NCBI RefSeq assembly: GCF_029937855.1
Contig: NZ_JAPYPC010000005.1
Coordinates: 54,616-118,615, forward strand
Reading direction: 5' to 3'
DNA from: Christiangramia sp.
GTDB lineage: Bacteria > Bacteroidota > Bacteroidia > Flavobacteriales > Flavobacteriaceae
DNA length: 64,000 nt
The notes under the pieces were generated by a model, which was not told the DNA's origin, did not search any database, and worked only from the letters and a program-made list of their open reading frames with translations. Each line of letters starts with the position of its first letter. Position 1 is the first letter of the stretch. Made by a program: the position numbers and the translations under genes. Shown piece after piece: positions 47,136 through 56,168 of this stretch.

Positions 47136-47336
47136 ATGAGAAAATTGCCAGTTTTAGTAAGCATTCTAACGCTTATCTTCGGATTTACATTTTATGGAGA
47201 GATCGTAAGCATAAAAATTCATGAGACTTTTTATATTATTTCTGCTGAAGCTTTATGCTTCTTAATCTGGCTCTGCTTCACGATTATTTTCTGGTTTATT
47301 AAACTAAAAAAAGTCCTGTCTAAAAATGAAGCATGA
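47136..47336 (+). CDS. Small hypothetical membrane protein (66 aa)
   Basis: Two hydrophobic segments; overlaps the recX start by 11 nt. No recognised family. Confidence 0.4.
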   Translation: MRKLPVLVSILTLIFGFTFYGEIVSIKIHETFYIISAEALCFLIWLCFTIIFWFIKLKKVLSKNEA

Positions 47337-47802
47337 TCAAAAATCTTATACTGTCGAAGAGGCTTTACAAAAGCTGATGCAATTTTGTGCCTACCAGGAC
47401 AGATCTCAAAAAGAAGTGGAAGACAAGTTGGATGCGATGCGCATGATCCCACAGGCAAAGGAAAAAATTATTAGTTGCCTTATGCAGGAGAACTTTCTGA
47501 ATGAAGAACGCTTTGCCAGATCGTTTGTGCGGGGGAAATTCAGGATAAAAAAATGGGGCAGGATAAAAATAAAACAGGAACTTAAGAAAAAAGAAATATC
47601 CACACCTATAATTAAGTTGGGACTTGCAGAAATAAAAGAAACAGATTACAGAAAAACGCTTTATGATCTGGCAGAAAAGAAAGAGGAAAAGATAAATGAG
47701 TCCAATTCATTTAAAAAGAAAACAAAACTTGCAGATCATTTACTGCGGAAAGGCTATGAAGCTAATCTCGTATTTGAATGTGTAAACGAGATTATTGACT
47801 AA
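47326..47802 (+). CDS. recX: Regulatory protein RecX
   Basis: FCAYQDRS, FLNEERFA, KWGRIKI and LLRKGYE motifs. Confidence 0.93.
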   Translation: MKHDQKSYTVEEALQKLMQFCAYQDRSQKEVEDKLDAMRMIPQAKEKIISCLMQENFLNEERFARSFVRGKFRIKKWGRIKIKQELKKKEISTPIIKLGLAEIKETDYRKTLYDLAEKKEEKINESNSFKKKTKLADHLLRKGYEANLVFECVNEIID

Positions 47803-48673
47803 TAGCATTCTTTTTATGAGTGCGTTTTATGGCCTGCTCATTCTTATAATCTATCCATTTTTGTCCTCTTAGCTTACGCATATAATTATCAAAATGTCTC
47901 ATAAAAACAAGGTTATAAACTGCTTTTGAAAAATTTGTCAGCGTTCTGGGAGTGGCCCTTAAGCTCATGGAAAATCCTGCAGTGAGATACGTCATGTGGT
48001 GCCAGTAACCTTCAGGCATATACAGGGTTTCACCATGGTTTAATTCTGTAATATATCCCTTCGCTTTTTTTAGCACAGGAAATTTGTTGAAATTCGGGTT
48101 GTTGAAATCAATATCTTCCCGGGCAATGAGTGCATGAGGAACTTTATATAAATATTTACTTTCTGAAGGAGGAAATAAGATACATTGCTTTTTTCCGTGG
48201 AAATGAAAATGAAGGATATTCGCATAATCGATGTCGTAATGCATAAAAACCTTGGAATTTTCACCTCCAAAGAACAACATAGGCAATTGTTTTAAAAACC
48301 GAAGGCCCACATCGGGGAACTTAAAATCTTTCTGAAGACTTGGCACTTCCTTCATTAAATGATAAAGGAAAATTCGATAGCTGGTAGGCCCTGACTTTAG
48401 CAGTGCGATATATTCGCTCATCTTCATATTTGCATGCGGCTCGTTGAACTTGTATTTTGAAGAAATTGGACGATCGTCATATAGTGGTACTGTTTTTTCA
48501 CCGGCTACTTCCTCGATATAATCAAGACTCCATTTATTATAAGCCGGCCAGTCATCTATAAGCCTTTCTATAACCACAGGCTTTTGTGGACGCACATACT
48601 TCTCCAAAAAATCTGCTTTTGAAATTCGCTTTACTCGTGGTATTTGTTCAAGTTTCATATTATCGTTCTTCAT
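47792..48673 (-). CDS. JmjC/cupin_8 Fe(II)/2-oxoglutarate dioxygenase-like protein (copy 2)
   Basis: HYD...WH facial triad (MHYDID; EGYWHHM); GKKQCILFPP; ATGA overlap with the upstream paralog. Confidence 0.88.
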   Translation of the reverse strand: MKNDNMKLEQIPRVKRISKADFLEKYVRPQKPVVIERLIDDWPAYNKWSLDYIEEVAGEKTVPLYDDRPISSKYKFNEPHANMKMSEYIALLKSGPTSYRIFLYHLMKEVPSLQKDFKFPDVGLRFLKQLPMLFFGGENSKVFMHYDIDYANILHFHFHGKKQCILFPPSESKYLYKVPHALIAREDIDFNNPNFNKFPVLKKAKGYITELNHGETLYMPEGYWHHMTYLTAGFSMSLRATPRTLTNFSKAVYNLVFMRHFDNYMRKLRGQKWIDYKNEQAIKRTHKKNAISQ

Positions 48674-49542
48674 TCTTCAATACCTGCCTTTCTATGGGTT
48701 CTTTTTATTGCTAGGTTGTTTTTATAATCTATCCACTTTTGACCTTTTAACTTACGCATAAAATTATCATAATTTCGGGTAAAAAGCAGCTTATTCATAA
48801 CTTCTACTATTTTTCGGGGAGATTTGGGCAACGAACGCAACGTTAAAGATAAACAGGCGGTTTCATATTTTATAAAATGCCACCACTCACTGGGGATATA
48901 CAAAGCCTCACCATGCCCCAGTACAGTTTCATAGCCTTTCGCTATTGCCAGCGCGGGATATTTTTCAAAATCCGGCTTATCCATATTTATAATTTCCATA
49001 CTTACTATGGAATATGGTACTTTATATAGAAAATCTGTTTGATCTGGAGGATACAGAATAATTCTTTTCTTCCCTACAAAATTAAAATGGAAATTATTGG
49101 CCAGATCCATATCGTAATGCATCACTACTTTTGAACCTTCACCGCCCACAAACAGTACCGGTAGCTTTTTAAAAAATTTGATTCCTAAATCTGGGTACTG
49201 AAAATCCTTTATTAATTCTGGACAATTCTGAAGTAGGTTGAAAAAGAACATTCTCAGGTCTGTAGGACCTTTTTTCAGGATCTCGATATAATCCTTAAAC
49301 GGTAGCTTCATCGCCGGGCCATGTGAATTTTGCCTTCCTTTGGCCGGTTTCCCATCATACAGAGGAACCACCACATCTCCTGCTTTTTCCCTAAAATACT
49401 CAAAATCCCACTTTTTATAGGCAGGCCAGTTTTCAGCAAGGTTCTCAATTACTACCGGTTTCTTCGGAACAAAATATTCCCTTAAAAAATCTTCTTTAGA
49501 AAGATTCTTTCTTCTGGGAATATTTTGAAGATCTAGTTCCAA
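48670..49542 (-). CDS. JmjC/cupin_8 Fe(II)/2-oxoglutarate dioxygenase-like protein (copy 1)
   Basis: HYD...WH facial triad (MHYDMD; SEWWHF); GKKRIILYPP; TTG start 15 nt after the bioB stop. Confidence 0.88.
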   Translation of the reverse strand: MELDLQNIPRRKNLSKEDFLREYFVPKKPVVIENLAENWPAYKKWDFEYFREKAGDVVVPLYDGKPAKGRQNSHGPAMKLPFKDYIEILKKGPTDLRMFFFNLLQNCPELIKDFQYPDLGIKFFKKLPVLFVGGEGSKVVMHYDMDLANNFHFNFVGKKRIILYPPDQTDFLYKVPYSIVSMEIINMDKPDFEKYPALAIAKGYETVLGHGEALYIPSEWWHFIKYETACLSLTLRSLPKSPRKIVEVMNKLLFTRNYDNFMRKLKGQKWIDYKNNLAIKRTHRKAGIEE

Positions 49543-49557
49543 AATTGATAAATTAAG

Positions 49558-50649
49558 CTAGGCTTTTGCTTTGGTCTTTTGCTGAGCATCCAGATTTCTC
49601 TCAATTTTATGACCTGGTCGTGACCATTTAGGTTTCTCTCCCTTGCTTTGATATTGTGAATTTTCAGCATCAATACTTTCTGGCTGAGATTTTTTCTCAA
49701 AAGCTTTCTGTGGATTTAATCCCAGCATTTTAAACATTTCCATATCCTCATTTACATCGGGATTTGGAGTTGTCAAAAGTTTATCTCCTGCAAAAATAGA
49801 ATTAGCCCCGGCAAAGAAACACATTGCCTGGCCTTCCCTGCTCATTTGGGTTCTTCCTGCAGAAAGTCTAACCTGCGTTTCCGGCATTACGATTCTTGTA
49901 GTGGCTACCATACGTATCATCTCCCAGATTGGTACCGGCGCCTGCTCCTCCAGCGGAGTTCCCTCTACCGGCACCAAAGCATTGATCGGCACAGATTCCG
50001 GCTGCGGATTCAAAGTAGAAAGCGCCACCAGCATTCCTGCACGGTCGGCTTCACTTTCTCCCATTCCTATAATTCCCCCACTACAAACAGTCACATTTGT
50101 TTTTCTCACATTCCCTATAGTATCCAGTCTATCCTGATAACCACGAGTTGAAATTACTTCTTTATAATATTCTTCTGAAGAATCCAGGTTATGGTTATAA
50201 GCATACAGTCCTGCTTCCGCCAAACGTTCAGCCTGATTTTCAGTAAGCATTCCCAGCGTGCAACAAACTTCCATATCCAACTTATTGATGGTTCTTACCA
50301 TTTCCAGCACATTATCAAATTCTTCACCATCTTTTACATTTCTCCAGGCAGCACCCATACAAACCCGGGAACTTCCAGAAGCCTTTGCGCGCAAAGCCTG
50401 TGCTTTAACTTGATTTACGCTCATAAGATCGTTCCCTTCAAGATCTGTATGATAACGAGCTGCTTGTGGGCAATAGCCACAATCTTCCGGGCAACCTCCC
50501 GTTTTTATGGAAAGCAAAGTGGATACCTGAACGGTATTTGGGTCGTGATGTTCGCGGTGAATGGTAGCTGCTTCATAAAGCAATTCCATAAAAGGCTTAT
50601 TATATATTTCTAGGATTTCTTCTTTTGTCCAGTCGTGTTTTGTTGCCAT
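49558..50649 (-). CDS. bioB: Biotin synthase
   Basis: SIKTGGCPEDCGYCPQ radical SAM motif; YNHNLD, CSGGIIGMGE, ESVPIN and RLSAGR motifs. Probable start MATKHDW. Confidence 0.98.
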   Translation of the reverse strand: MATKHDWTKEEILEIYNKPFMELLYEAATIHREHHDPNTVQVSTLLSIKTGGCPEDCGYCPQAARYHTDLEGNDLMSVNQVKAQALRAKASGSSRVCMGAAWRNVKDGEEFDNVLEMVRTINKLDMEVCCTLGMLTENQAERLAEAGLYAYNHNLDSSEEYYKEVISTRGYQDRLDTIGNVRKTNVTVCSGGIIGMGESEADRAGMLVALSTLNPQPESVPINALVPVEGTPLEEQAPVPIWEMIRMVATTRIVMPETQVRLSAGRTQMSREGQAMCFFAGANSIFAGDKLLTTPNPDVNEDMEMFKMLGLNPQKAFEKKSQPESIDAENSQYQSKGEKPKWSRPGHKIERNLDAQQKTKAKA

Positions 50650-50666
50650 GTAATTCAATTTGTATT

Positions 50667-50674
50667 CAAAAATA
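50667..50674 (-). promoter_or_regulatory. -7 promoter element upstream of bioB
   Basis: TATTTTTG on the minus strand matches TAnnTTTG; no clear -33 element. Confidence 0.5.
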
Positions 50675-50738
50675 ACGAAAACTAAGTTTTATAAGGGATA
50701 GCTTCTAAAAGATTTATAAACGGGAAAGCTAACAATTT

Positions 50739-51893
50739 CTATTTTCTTCCTACGAGAATTGAAACGGCATTTCCCCCAAATCCTACAGAATTTACCAAAA
50801 TATTTTGCAGTTTATCGGGTTCATGTTTAAATTCTGAAAAAGGAACCGGTAAAAACTGCTGCTTTTGAAGCATTAAAATGGCCATTTCAAGGCTCAGTAT
50901 TCCGGAAGCTGCAAAGCTATGTCCTGTTTTCCATTTATTGCTGGTAATTGCCGGGAATTTATCCTGAAAAACAGCTTTTACCGCATTTACTTCCGCCAGA
51001 TCGCCACCAATAGTTCCAGGCGCATGCATCACAATGGCATCTACTTCTTTTTTATTCATATTCCCCATCGCCATTTTCATGGAATCCTGAAGGCATTTCC
51101 CATTCCTGGAAAGGGACGCCCCATGTTTCAATTTTTCATTGGCATAGCCAATTCCCTTAATGATTGCTAATGGATTCGAATGGTCTTTGGAAGTTAACCC
51201 CACCATTCCAGCTCCTTCGCTTAAGATCATAGAGTTTTTAGATTTTTCCATATCCAGGGAACGGCAGGGAAAATCGATATTTTCAGATGCATAGATTTTC
51301 ATCGCATTCATCTGGGCAAGAGTAAATCCTGTAAGAGGAGCTTCACTTCCTCCCGCCATAAAACTTTTTGCCATCCCGCTTTTAATCCAGGCAATAGCAT
51401 TGAGAATGGCATGCATTCCTGTGGAACAGGTGACGCTATGGGAGAATTCAGGACCATTTAGCTGAAGGTCCTGCGCTACCCAGGAAGATATATTTCCTAA
51501 AGTTGTGGAAGGAGAACTATAGGTAGAAGACTTTCCGGTTTCTAGGAATTCTTCATGATATTTTTCAAATAAACCTGTCGCACCCCTGCTGCTGCCTATA
51601 TTTATTCCGGTATCGTGTCCGTTAATTGCAGTAGTATCGCAAGCTTTTCTAGCTGCAAGAATTGCATATAAAACGGAATTATCCAGATAGCGATATTTAG
51701 TGTTTTTTTCCTTTAAGCTGGAAACATCCTTCTTAATTTCTTCAGATAAATTCCCTACCCAGGAAATCTGAGCTCCAACCTTCTTAAGCTCAAACAAATG
51801 ATCGTCGGAAATATAATTTTTCCAGATCTCTTCTGAATTTTTTCCTAATGGGGAAATTGTGCCTATAGAAGTTATAGAAACCGTATTTTTCAA
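50739..51893 (-). CDS. Stand-alone FabF-like beta-ketoacyl synthase
   Basis: Catalytic Cys (SVTCSTG), His (VMHAPGT) and His (KWKTGHS); C-terminal NSVGFGGN; GGSEAP. Confidence 0.88.
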   Translation of the reverse strand: MKNTVSITSIGTISPLGKNSEEIWKNYISDDHLFELKKVGAQISWVGNLSEEIKKDVSSLKEKNTKYRYLDNSVLYAILAARKACDTTAINGHDTGINIGSSRGATGLFEKYHEEFLETGKSSTYSSPSTTLGNISSWVAQDLQLNGPEFSHSVTCSTGMHAILNAIAWIKSGMAKSFMAGGSEAPLTGFTLAQMNAMKIYASENIDFPCRSLDMEKSKNSMILSEGAGMVGLTSKDHSNPLAIIKGIGYANEKLKHGASLSRNGKCLQDSMKMAMGNMNKKEVDAIVMHAPGTIGGDLAEVNAVKAVFQDKFPAITSNKWKTGHSFAASGILSLEMAILMLQKQQFLPVPFSEFKHEPDKLQNILVNSVGFGGNAVSILVGRK

Positions 51894-51907
51894 AAGCTGA
51901 TTTTTGG

Positions 51908-51915
51908 CAAAAATA
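51908..51915 (-). promoter_or_regulatory. -7 promoter element upstream of the ketosynthase gene
   Basis: TATTTTTG on the minus strand, 15 nt upstream of the TTG start. Confidence 0.5.
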
Positions 51916-51948
51916 AGGCTGAATTACCGACTGGCTAAATTTCAGAAC

Positions 51949-52548
51949 CTAAATTCTGCTTTTTTCAGGTTTTAAATAAAGGTTTTTAGTAGATAACATC
52001 TTTTTATCTCCGGAAGCTACGCTACTAATTTCAGCTTTTACCTTTTCTGAAAGTAGTTCAAACAAAGGCTGGTCAAGATTTTCTATTAACGGAAATAGCG
52101 GTTCCAGAGAGCTATCCCATTCCTTGTAAAGGTCCAGGGTATCGTCTGGTTTTACCACTTTTCGGTCCACTCCTTCATCTTCAGGAACAAAAGATTCAGA
52201 TAGATTTAAATAACCATAATCATCGGTAAGTTCTTCCCCAATAGGAATATCCCTTACAGCAACTTCAAAATTATAGCTTGTAGAAAGACAATTAGATCTG
52301 AAACTATGATTGATATATTTAGCGATATCCCAACATAGAATATGTTCACCTTTATTATTTCGAAAACTGTATTTCTCCAATAATTCTTTGGCGAGAGGCT
52401 TGAAATTTGCTGGCTCCTGCGGTGAAAAAACCTGATCTAACTCATCCTGCACCCAGGTAATAGTCCCTTTTGGGATTAATTTCGTGGCCACGACCCCGAA
52501 ACCCTTTTCATCACTTATCCATTTTAATTTCGTATCAGGATGCATCAT
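51949..52548 (-). CDS. SET domain-containing protein (putative lysine methyltransferase)
   Basis: KGFGVVA..IPKG, YINHS..NC and GEELTDDY SET motifs. Confidence 0.88.
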   Translation of the reverse strand: MMHPDTKLKWISDEKGFGVVATKLIPKGTITWVQDELDQVFSPQEPANFKPLAKELLEKYSFRNNKGEHILCWDIAKYINHSFRSNCLSTSYNFEVAVRDIPIGEELTDDYGYLNLSESFVPEDEGVDRKVVKPDDTLDLYKEWDSSLEPLFPLIENLDQPLFELLSEKVKAEISSVASGDKKMLSTKNLYLKPEKSRI

Positions 52549-52626
52549 AATTTTTCAGATTTATCTATCTAAATTAGATAAAAATTGAATCCGAAAAATT
52601 AAAATTGTTAGCTGAGACGAATTTTT

Positions 52627-53916
52627 TTAAAAAACCTCAAGCACCTCTTCCATAACCGAATAGAGTTTCTGAAGCTCTTTTTCTGAAATCACATAGGGCG
52701 GGACGATATAAATAGTATTACCTAACGGGCGCAGAAATACGCCATTATCCATAAAAAACCTAAAAAGTTTATTCCGAAGGTTTCCGTAACGTTCCATTTT
52801 CACATTCAATTCAAAAGCTAAAATCACCCCCTTACTCCTCGCGTTTTTAACTTTTGGATGGCTTTCCAGCTTATTGGCAAATTCCAAATTAGCCTCTGTA
52901 ATATTTTTAATATTGCTCTGTATTTTTTCTGAAACAAGTAATTCTACTCCTGCCAGGGCTGCAGCACAGGCCAAAGGATTAGCTGTATAGGTGTGACCGT
53001 GAAATAAACCTTTGGCAATATCATCTGAGTAAAAAGCATCATACACTTTTTGTGAGCACGAAGTTAAGCCCATAGGAAGCAATCCCGCTGTAAGCGCTTT
53101 AGACATACACACCACGTCTGGCTTTTCATCTATATAATCTGAAGCAAAATAGCTGCCTGTCTTCCCGAAACCGGTCATTACTTCATCTGCGACCAGAATA
53201 ATCTCGTTTTTACGGCAAATCTTAAGGATTTCATTTAAACCCTGAGCATCATGGAATTTCATGGCAGCTGCACCCTGAATGAGGGGTTCGTATATAAAAC
53301 CGGCAATAGTCTGTTTTTTAATAAGCTCCTTCAAAAATGAAAGCACCTCCTGGTTATTTTCACCCGTAGGCACCGGAATTCTTTCCACCCGGATAAAATG
53401 ATCCTGAAAAGCGCCATTATAAACAGATAAACCTGAAACCGACATAGCCCCGAAAGTATCGCCATGAAAACCTTCTTCAAAAGCCAACATGACCTTACGA
53501 TCATTCCCCAGGTTATGATGGTATTGCAGCGCCATTTTTATTCCTATCTCTGTAGCTGTGGAACCATTATCGTTGAAAAACAATTTTTGCTGCCCTTGAG
53601 GCAATATTTTAATTAGGGCTTCAGAGAGTTTAACAGCCGGTTCGTGCGTAAATCCGCTAAAAACCACCTGATCCAGCTGTTGCATTTGCGCAGCAACTTT
53701 TTTAGTGAGGTAATCATTACAATGCCCGTAGACAGAGGTATACCAGGAAGAAATTCCATCGATATACTCATTCCCTTTATCATCTGTAAGGATACATCCC
53801 TTTGCTTTTTTAATAGCCAGCATTTCCGGACTTGTTTTATGCTGGGTAAGCGGATGCCACAGGTGTTTTTTATCCCTCTCTCCTAAGCTTTTCTCTTTCA
53901 ATTCTACATCTCGCAT
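52627..53916 (-). CDS. bioA: Adenosylmethionine-8-amino-7-oxononanoate aminotransferase
   Basis: HLWHPLTQH, DGISSW, FHGDTFG, DEVMTGFG, SKALTAG and HGHTYTANP motifs. Confidence 0.97.
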   Translation of the reverse strand: MRDVELKEKSLGERDKKHLWHPLTQHKTSPEMLAIKKAKGCILTDDKGNEYIDGISSWYTSVYGHCNDYLTKKVAAQMQQLDQVVFSGFTHEPAVKLSEALIKILPQGQQKLFFNDNGSTATEIGIKMALQYHHNLGNDRKVMLAFEEGFHGDTFGAMSVSGLSVYNGAFQDHFIRVERIPVPTGENNQEVLSFLKELIKKQTIAGFIYEPLIQGAAAMKFHDAQGLNEILKICRKNEIILVADEVMTGFGKTGSYFASDYIDEKPDVVCMSKALTAGLLPMGLTSCSQKVYDAFYSDDIAKGLFHGHTYTANPLACAAALAGVELLVSEKIQSNIKNITEANLEFANKLESHPKVKNARSKGVILAFELNVKMERYGNLRNKLFRFFMDNGVFLRPLGNTIYIVPPYVISEKELQKLYSVMEEVLEVF

Positions 53917-54527
53917 AATCTCTTTCTAAATTTTTCAGCGTATTCACTTATCACCATCTCATCAAAATATGGTTCTTCTTCAATACGGCCAATAACCTTT
54001 ATTTCCCCATGAATTTTGATAGCCTCTTCGGTTGTTGGATGTTCAGCACCACTAAAAATAACTCCTATTTTTTCAAACCCTCTATTCTTAAGATTTTCAA
54101 TACTTAATAGAGTATGGTTTATACTTCCTAAATAATGCCTGGAAACAAGGATTACCACATCCTCTTTAGAAATTAAATCGGCAATCTTTTCTTTCTCATT
54201 TAACGGAACGAGTAATCCCCCGGCACCTTCTATTACAAGTTCTCTATCGGTCTCTGGCCGTTTAATTTCTTTTAAATCGATCCTAATTCCATCAATTTCA
54301 GCGGCAGCATGTGGACTCATCGGAGTATGAAGTGCATAAGCATTTTTATGAAAGACGCTTTGATCATTTTTCACCAGCTTCTGAATTTTATGCGTATCAG
54401 AATGATGTAGATCGCCCGCCTGTATCGGCTTCCAGTAATCGGCTTGCATAGCTTCTGTAACAATTGCTGAAACGATTGTTTTTCCTACTTCGGTTCCTAT
54501 TCCGGTAATAAAAAATGTCTTTGGCAT
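53904..54527 (-). CDS. bioD: Dethiobiotin synthase
   Basis: TGIGTEVGKT, WKPIQAG, IEGAGGLLVP and LGSINHT motifs. Confidence 0.97.
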   Translation of the reverse strand: MPKTFFITGIGTEVGKTIVSAIVTEAMQADYWKPIQAGDLHHSDTHKIQKLVKNDQSVFHKNAYALHTPMSPHAAAEIDGIRIDLKEIKRPETDRELVIEGAGGLLVPLNEKEKIADLISKEDVVILVSRHYLGSINHTLLSIENLKNRGFEKIGVIFSGAEHPTTEEAIKIHGEIKVIGRIEEEPYFDEMVISEYAEKFRKRLCEM

Positions 54528-55684
54528 TACTTATTATTTGCCACAAAATTACTCAGGACTTTTAAGACCTCCGAGATTTCCTCGAAAGAATTATAGCTAT
54601 GAATACAAAATCTTAGTCTTTCACTTCCCGGGGGAACGGTAGGAGAAAGAATAGGCTTAACATTAAAGCCTTTATTCTGAAGTTCTTCGGCTGCCAGTTT
54701 TACTTTCGTGTTTCCTGAAATTATACAGGCCTGAATGGCAGAATCGCTTTCTAAAAAAATATCTTTAAGAGCATTTTTATGTTTTTCAGCTTTAAAATGC
54801 ACAATATTCTCCCGAAGCTTGTGTAAAGCTTCCCGATCTGTTTCCAAATAATTATACGCGGCACTAATGGTCGCAATAGAATGTGGTGAAAGCGCCGTGG
54901 TATAAATTAAACTTCTGGAAAAATTGACCAGATAATCTTTTAGCCCCTTGCTACCAAGAATTACTGCTCCATGACCGCCCATTGCTTTTCCGAAAGTGTG
55001 GATTCTGGCAAAAATCCTGTCCTGGATATTTAATTCCTGTGCCAGTCCCTCTCCTTTTTCGCCAATCACTCCCGTGGCATGGGCTTCGTCTAAAATTAAT
55101 TTTGCAGTATAATTCTCAGCAATTTTAATTATTGTTTCAAGATCGGGCGAATCGCCATCCATGGAAAAAACAGATTCGGTGACGATATAAATTTCAGAGG
55201 TTTCACTCCTGGGTGTAAAACGATTTAATTTTCGTTTCAGGTCTTCAAGATCGTTGTGCCGAAATTTATAATTCTTTGCCAGGCTCATCTTCAAACCGTC
55301 CCTTATGGAAGCATGAGAATATTCGTCGTAGAGAATGATATCATTCTTTTGTGCAACTGCTGAAAAAAATCCAATATTAGCATCGTAACCCGAATTAAAT
55401 ACTAGGACAGCTTCAGAATCATGAAAATCGGCAAGCTGATGCTCTAAAATATTAAATAAGGGATGATTTCCGGATAACAACCTGGAGCCGGTAGATCCAT
55501 TTAAAACTTCATATTTTTCCAGTATCTTTCCTGTATTTTTTAATATTATTTTAGAACGTGAAAAACCCAGGTAATCATTAGAAAAAAAATCTACGCCATC
55601 AGAAAATGATAATAATTCTCTAAAAGAATTTTCTTCTTTTCTCCTTTGGAGTCTTTTCTCTAATTTTAAAGGCAGCTTTTTCAT
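54527..55684 (-). CDS. bioF: 8-amino-7-oxononanoate synthase
   Basis: FFSNDYLG, GSTGSRLLSGN, SHASI, SVFSMDGD, DEAHA and TFGKA motifs; first gene of the bioFDA run. Confidence 0.93.
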   Translation of the reverse strand: MKKLPLKLEKRLQRRKEENSFRELLSFSDGVDFFSNDYLGFSRSKIILKNTGKILEKYEVLNGSTGSRLLSGNHPLFNILEHQLADFHDSEAVLVFNSGYDANIGFFSAVAQKNDIILYDEYSHASIRDGLKMSLAKNYKFRHNDLEDLKRKLNRFTPRSETSEIYIVTESVFSMDGDSPDLETIIKIAENYTAKLILDEAHATGVIGEKGEGLAQELNIQDRIFARIHTFGKAMGGHGAVILGSKGLKDYLVNFSRSLIYTTALSPHSIATISAAYNYLETDREALHKLRENIVHFKAEKHKNALKDIFLESDSAIQACIISGNTKVKLAAEELQNKGFNVKPILSPTVPPGSERLRFCIHSYNSFEEISEVLKVLSNFVANNK

Positions 55685-55718
55685 TTCGCTAAAATATAAA
55701 ACAGGAATCTTTTAAATT

Positions 55719-56153
55719 ATGGATATCATAGATTTTGCCCTCAAATCTGGAGTGGCCGTAATCGCCGGACTTTTTATTGGACTGGAAAGGGAATTCCGCG
55801 GAAAACATGCCGGACTAAAAACCCATGCACTGGTAGCTCTAGGTGCCAGTATTTTTATTATGATGTCCCTTGAATTTAAAGGATTAGATTACGCCGATAT
55901 CACCAGGGTGCTTAGTCAGGTTATTATTGGAATAGGTTTTATTGGTGCCGGCACCATCATGAAAAAAGGAAATGACATAGAAGGCCTGACCACCGCGGCA
56001 ACTATTTGGTGCAGTGCTGCTATTGGATGTCTTTCCGGGTTTGGTTATTTTAAGGAGCTTGTAATTGCGACCATACTCATTGTATTCGTTAATTTCTTTT
56101 TCAGCATTATAGAAAAGAAACTAATAGAAAGGAATAAGAAAAAAAGTGACTGA
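55719..56153 (+). CDS. MgtC/SapB family membrane protein
   Basis: IGLERE..AGLKTH, GIGFIGAG and GLTTAATIW motifs. Confidence 0.92.
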   Translation: MDIIDFALKSGVAVIAGLFIGLEREFRGKHAGLKTHALVALGASIFIMMSLEFKGLDYADITRVLSQVIIGIGFIGAGTIMKKGNDIEGLTTAATIWCSAAIGCLSGFGYFKELVIATILIVFVNFFFSIIEKKLIERNKKKSD

Positions 56154-56168
56154 GAAAGGCAGGTATCT

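Noticed and set aside
55685-55718. BirA-type biotin operator upstream of bioF
   Set aside because: The gap to the divergent mgtC gene is only 34 bp and contains no palindrome of that type.
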